Assembly (NCBI GenBank): GCA_015061945.1
Contig: SUVP01000011.1
Coordinates: forward strand, 6,572 to 70,571
Origin: Opitutales bacterium
Lineage (GTDB): Bacteria; Verrucomicrobiota; Verrucomicrobiia; Opitutales; Intestinicryptomonadaceae
DNA: 64,000 nucleotides
Direction: 5' to 3'
Shown: positions 61,297 through 64,000 of the stretch, piece after piece
Layout of the letters: every line of letters begins with the position of its first letter
How positions within the stretch are numbered: position 1 is the first letter of the stretch
Program-made: the position numbers and the translations under genes
Notes under the pieces: model-generated
What the model saw: the letters and a program-made list of their open reading frames with translations, nothing else
Databases searched by the model: none
What the model was told of the DNA's origin: nothing

Positions 61297-62040
61297 ATGG
61301 TAAAACTTGGAGTTAATATAGACCACAGTGCAACTTTGCGACAAGCTCGCTATCGCGGAGTTGCTCCCGACTCGACTATTATTGTCGAACCAAATCCTAT
61401 TGAAATTGCACTTTTAGCCGAACGTGGTGGTGCCGATTCTATAACTGCACACTTGCGTGAAGACAGACGCCATATCGTCGACGACGACATCAGAAATTTA
61501 CGCAAAAAAATCGCAACGAAATTGAATCTCGAAATGGCGTGTTCTGACGATGTGCTGAAAGTTGCACTTGAAATAGTCCCCGACTACGCATGCCTTGTGC
61601 CAGAAAACCGCGAAGAAATCACAACCGAAGGCGGACTCGATTTAATCCAAAACAAAGATAAAACTGCTCGAGTTGTCGAAGCACTCTCGGCAAAAGGTGT
61701 AATCTGCTCGATTTTCATCGACCCTAATCCACAACAAATCGAGATAGCAAAAGAAATCGGAGCACCTACAATCGAGCTTCATACAGGGGCATACGCAAAT
61801 GCGTGGGGCAACGATGTTCAGAAAAAAATCGAACTTGAACGCCTCGCAAAAGCGTCTGAATTTGCAAAATCTATTGGCTTAACAGTCAATTCTGGACACG
61901 GTATAAATTACCAAAATGTCGGCGAGCTTTTGCAAGTGGCAGATTTTAACGAGCTGAATATCGGGCATACAATTATCTCTCGAGCACTTTATGTCGGCAT
62001 AGAAAAAGCCGTCGCAGAAATGAAATCGCTTTTAAAATGA
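61297..62040 (+). CDS. pdxJ: Pyridoxine 5'-phosphate synthase
   Basis: LGVNIDHSATLRQAR, HLREDRRHI, TTEGGLD, IELHTG, GHGINY, LNIGHTI. Confidence 0.97.
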   Translation: MVKLGVNIDHSATLRQARYRGVAPDSTIIVEPNPIEIALLAERGGADSITAHLREDRRHIVDDDIRNLRKKIATKLNLEMACSDDVLKVALEIVPDYACLVPENREEITTEGGLDLIQNKDKTARVVEALSAKGVICSIFIDPNPQQIEIAKEIGAPTIELHTGAYANAWGNDVQKKIELERLAKASEFAKSIGLTVNSGHGINYQNVGELLQVADFNELNIGHTIISRALYVGIEKAVAEMKSLLK

Positions 62041-62438
62041 GTTCCGAAAAAGACATTTCTGCAGTCGTTGGAATCGGCACTGATATTACCGACGTTAAAA
62101 GAATCGAGTCGCTAATAAATGAGTATGGCGACGCATTCTTGTCGAAAACTTTTACCGAAAGAGAAATTCAAGACTGCAAAAAATGTGCGAACTCGGCACA
62201 AAAGTTTGCCGCACGCTTTGCCGCAAAAGAAGCGATGTCGAAAGCCCTATCAACTGGGATACGTGGAAAAATCACGCTTAAAAGCTTGTCGGTTATCAAT
62301 GGCGAGCTTGGCGAACCAATAGCTGTTCTCGACGAACACGCTCAAGCACAACTCGAAAAAATCGGTGCAAAAAAAATGTTAATTAGCTTGTCGCACTTAA
62401 AAGAATACGCCCAAGCATTTGCGATAGCGACTCGATAA
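62037..62438 (+). CDS. acpS: Holo-[acyl-carrier-protein] synthase
   Basis: GIGTDITDV, AARFAAKEAMSKAL, ISLSH. Confidence 0.95.
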   Translation: MSSEKDISAVVGIGTDITDVKRIESLINEYGDAFLSKTFTEREIQDCKKCANSAQKFAARFAAKEAMSKALSTGIRGKITLKSLSVINGELGEPIAVLDEHAQAQLEKIGAKKMLISLSHLKEYAQAFAIATR

Positions 62439-62439
62439 A

Positions 62440-63978
62440 ATGGAAAACATCCACCCAATTCTTTCGTGCAAAAAAGCACAGGATTTTGAAAAAATCTTGT
62501 TGCAAAATGACGTCGAAAAATCGTACCAAGCAATGACAGATGTTGGCGAAAACATCGCAAAAATGCTGTGGCAAGAATTTGCTTTAACGATTGGTGATTC
62601 ACCGAAAATCCTTATTTTATCAGGCACTGGACACAATGGTGGCGATGCAATTCTTACTGTCAAATACCTTTGTGCAAAATTAAATAATCCACAAATTACA
62701 CTTGCAATTTCTTCCGAAAACAAACTCAAAGAAAATACAAAACGTGCAATTTTGGAACTGAAAAATTCTGCAAAAATATTTGAACTTTTACCAAATGAAA
62801 TTGAAAAAATCCTAAATCAAAAATTCGATTTAATTTTAGATGGAATTTTGGGAATGAGTTATACCCCTCCGTTGCGAGAAGAAACTGCAATACTTATCGA
62901 AAAAGCAAATTCAATTTCAGCCAAACTGCGAGTAGCTATTGATATTCCGTCGGGAGCAAGCACAACGCCAAGCAATGTGATTTTCAAAGCCGATGCGACA
63001 TACGCAACGGGTATTTGTAAAGATGTACTTTTTGAAGATTTCAATCGTGAATTTGTCGGGCGTATTAGATATGTCGATATTGGCTTTTTTGACTCAAAAA
63101 ATGATTTTTCAGAAGAAAAAAATTTCATAGTTTCGCCAAAAATTTTTAATAAATTAAAAACACTACGTCCCGCAATATCCGACAAGCGAACATTCGGACA
63201 CTTGTTTGTTATCGCTGGTTCGCAAACATACCCAGGGGCTGTGTTGCTCACAGTGAAATCGGCTTTGCGTTCGGGTGTCGGGCTGGTGTCGGCTTTTGTA
63301 CCAGAATCGCTCGCACCAATGTTTGCGTCGGCAGAACCATCTGCGATATGGACTGGTTGTCCTGAAGATGAGAACGGAGCAATCGCACTTGAATCGCTCG
63401 GAATGATTCGTGCAAGATTAAATTCGGCAACTGCAATTCTCGCTGGTTGCGGTATGACTCAATCTGCCGAAACAAAAGTTCTGCTTGCAGAAGTTTTAAA
63501 ACTCGCACCCGATGTCCCTATCGTACTCGATGCCGACGCTATTACTCAAGATTTGGCAAAGACAATTTCCACTCGCAACGCCCCAGTTTTACTCACTCCA
63601 CACGAAGGTGAAATTTTGCGACTTGCACCAGATGCGTCAGATGAATCGCTAATCGAAGTATGCAAAAAGTACAACTGCACTATTACACTGAAATCGTCAG
63701 CAACACGCATTTGCAATGGTCAAATAATTGTTCGGCAAACTCGTGGATGCCCTGCTCTTGCAAGGGCTGGCAGTGGCGATATTCTCGCTGGGCTTTGTGG
63801 TGGACTTATGGCAAATAAATCTTTGCAATTTGAAAATCGGGCTTTGCAATGTGGTGTAATAGCGTCTCAATGGCTCGGTATTGCGTCGGAACTCATCGCT
63901 TCGGAAAGAGGCGAAGTTGCACTTGCGACGAGCGATATTATCAATTATCTGTACCGCATTTTTCAATTAGACTTTTAA
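62440..63978 (+). CDS. nnr: Bifunctional NAD(P)H-hydrate epimerase/dehydratase
   Basis: GTGHNGGDA, ILDGILG, AIDIPSG (YjeF_N), then GSQTYPGA, GVGLV, VLDADA, LTPHEGE, LARAGSGDILAG (YjeF_C). Confidence 0.92.
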   Translation: MENIHPILSCKKAQDFEKILLQNDVEKSYQAMTDVGENIAKMLWQEFALTIGDSPKILILSGTGHNGGDAILTVKYLCAKLNNPQITLAISSENKLKENTKRAILELKNSAKIFELLPNEIEKILNQKFDLILDGILGMSYTPPLREETAILIEKANSISAKLRVAIDIPSGASTTPSNVIFKADATYATGICKDVLFEDFNREFVGRIRYVDIGFFDSKNDFSEEKNFIVSPKIFNKLKTLRPAISDKRTFGHLFVIAGSQTYPGAVLLTVKSALRSGVGLVSAFVPESLAPMFASAEPSAIWTGCPEDENGAIALESLGMIRARLNSATAILAGCGMTQSAETKVLLAEVLKLAPDVPIVLDADAITQDLAKTISTRNAPVLLTPHEGEILRLAPDASDESLIEVCKKYNCTITLKSSATRICNGQIIVRQTRGCPALARAGSGDILAGLCGGLMANKSLQFENRALQCGVIASQWLGIASELIASERGEVALATSDIINYLYRIFQLDF

Positions 63979-64000
63979 GAAAATATTTTTGCGATACAAA

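Overview
Bacterial chromosomal window of low GC, read by eye without database searches. It is most likely from a Verrucomicrobiota (Opitutales-like) organism; this is inferred from two VPEP-type PEP-CTERM proteins, a short stand-alone S18 and an AURKAIP1/COX24-type basic peptide. Housekeeping genes (dnaX, rmuC, meaB, xerD, uvrB, trpS, hisF, purL, tig-clpP-clpX, rpsR, tsaC/sua5, pgk-tpiA, trkA-trkH-pdxJ-acpS-nnr), tRNA-Arg(ACG) and a probable 6S RNA are interleaved with many secreted glycan-active or surface proteins. These include GH2, two GH42-like paralogues, a GH127-like enzyme, a large clan GH-A-like protein, a paralogous pair of unassigned NEP-motif proteins, a beta-helix protein, an LVIVD propeller, two Tat-exported MBL-fold hydrolases and two PEP-CTERM proteins. 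I saw no CRISPR array, transposase or prophage. The most notable observation is dnaX: it stops just after an A10 run, and a 115-codon acidic extension continues in the +1 frame, so a tau-like long form would need slippage or frameshifting (or the run is a sequencing error). Also notable are the candidate uncharacterised glycoside hydrolase pair with a 4-Cys motif, an AT-rich W-x-LL-x-QPQ repeat protein beside xerD, and an exact 13-bp direct repeat flanking rmuC. The supplied ORF track missed three elements: the 1..2324 gene, the 33-aa peptide and the 6S RNA.
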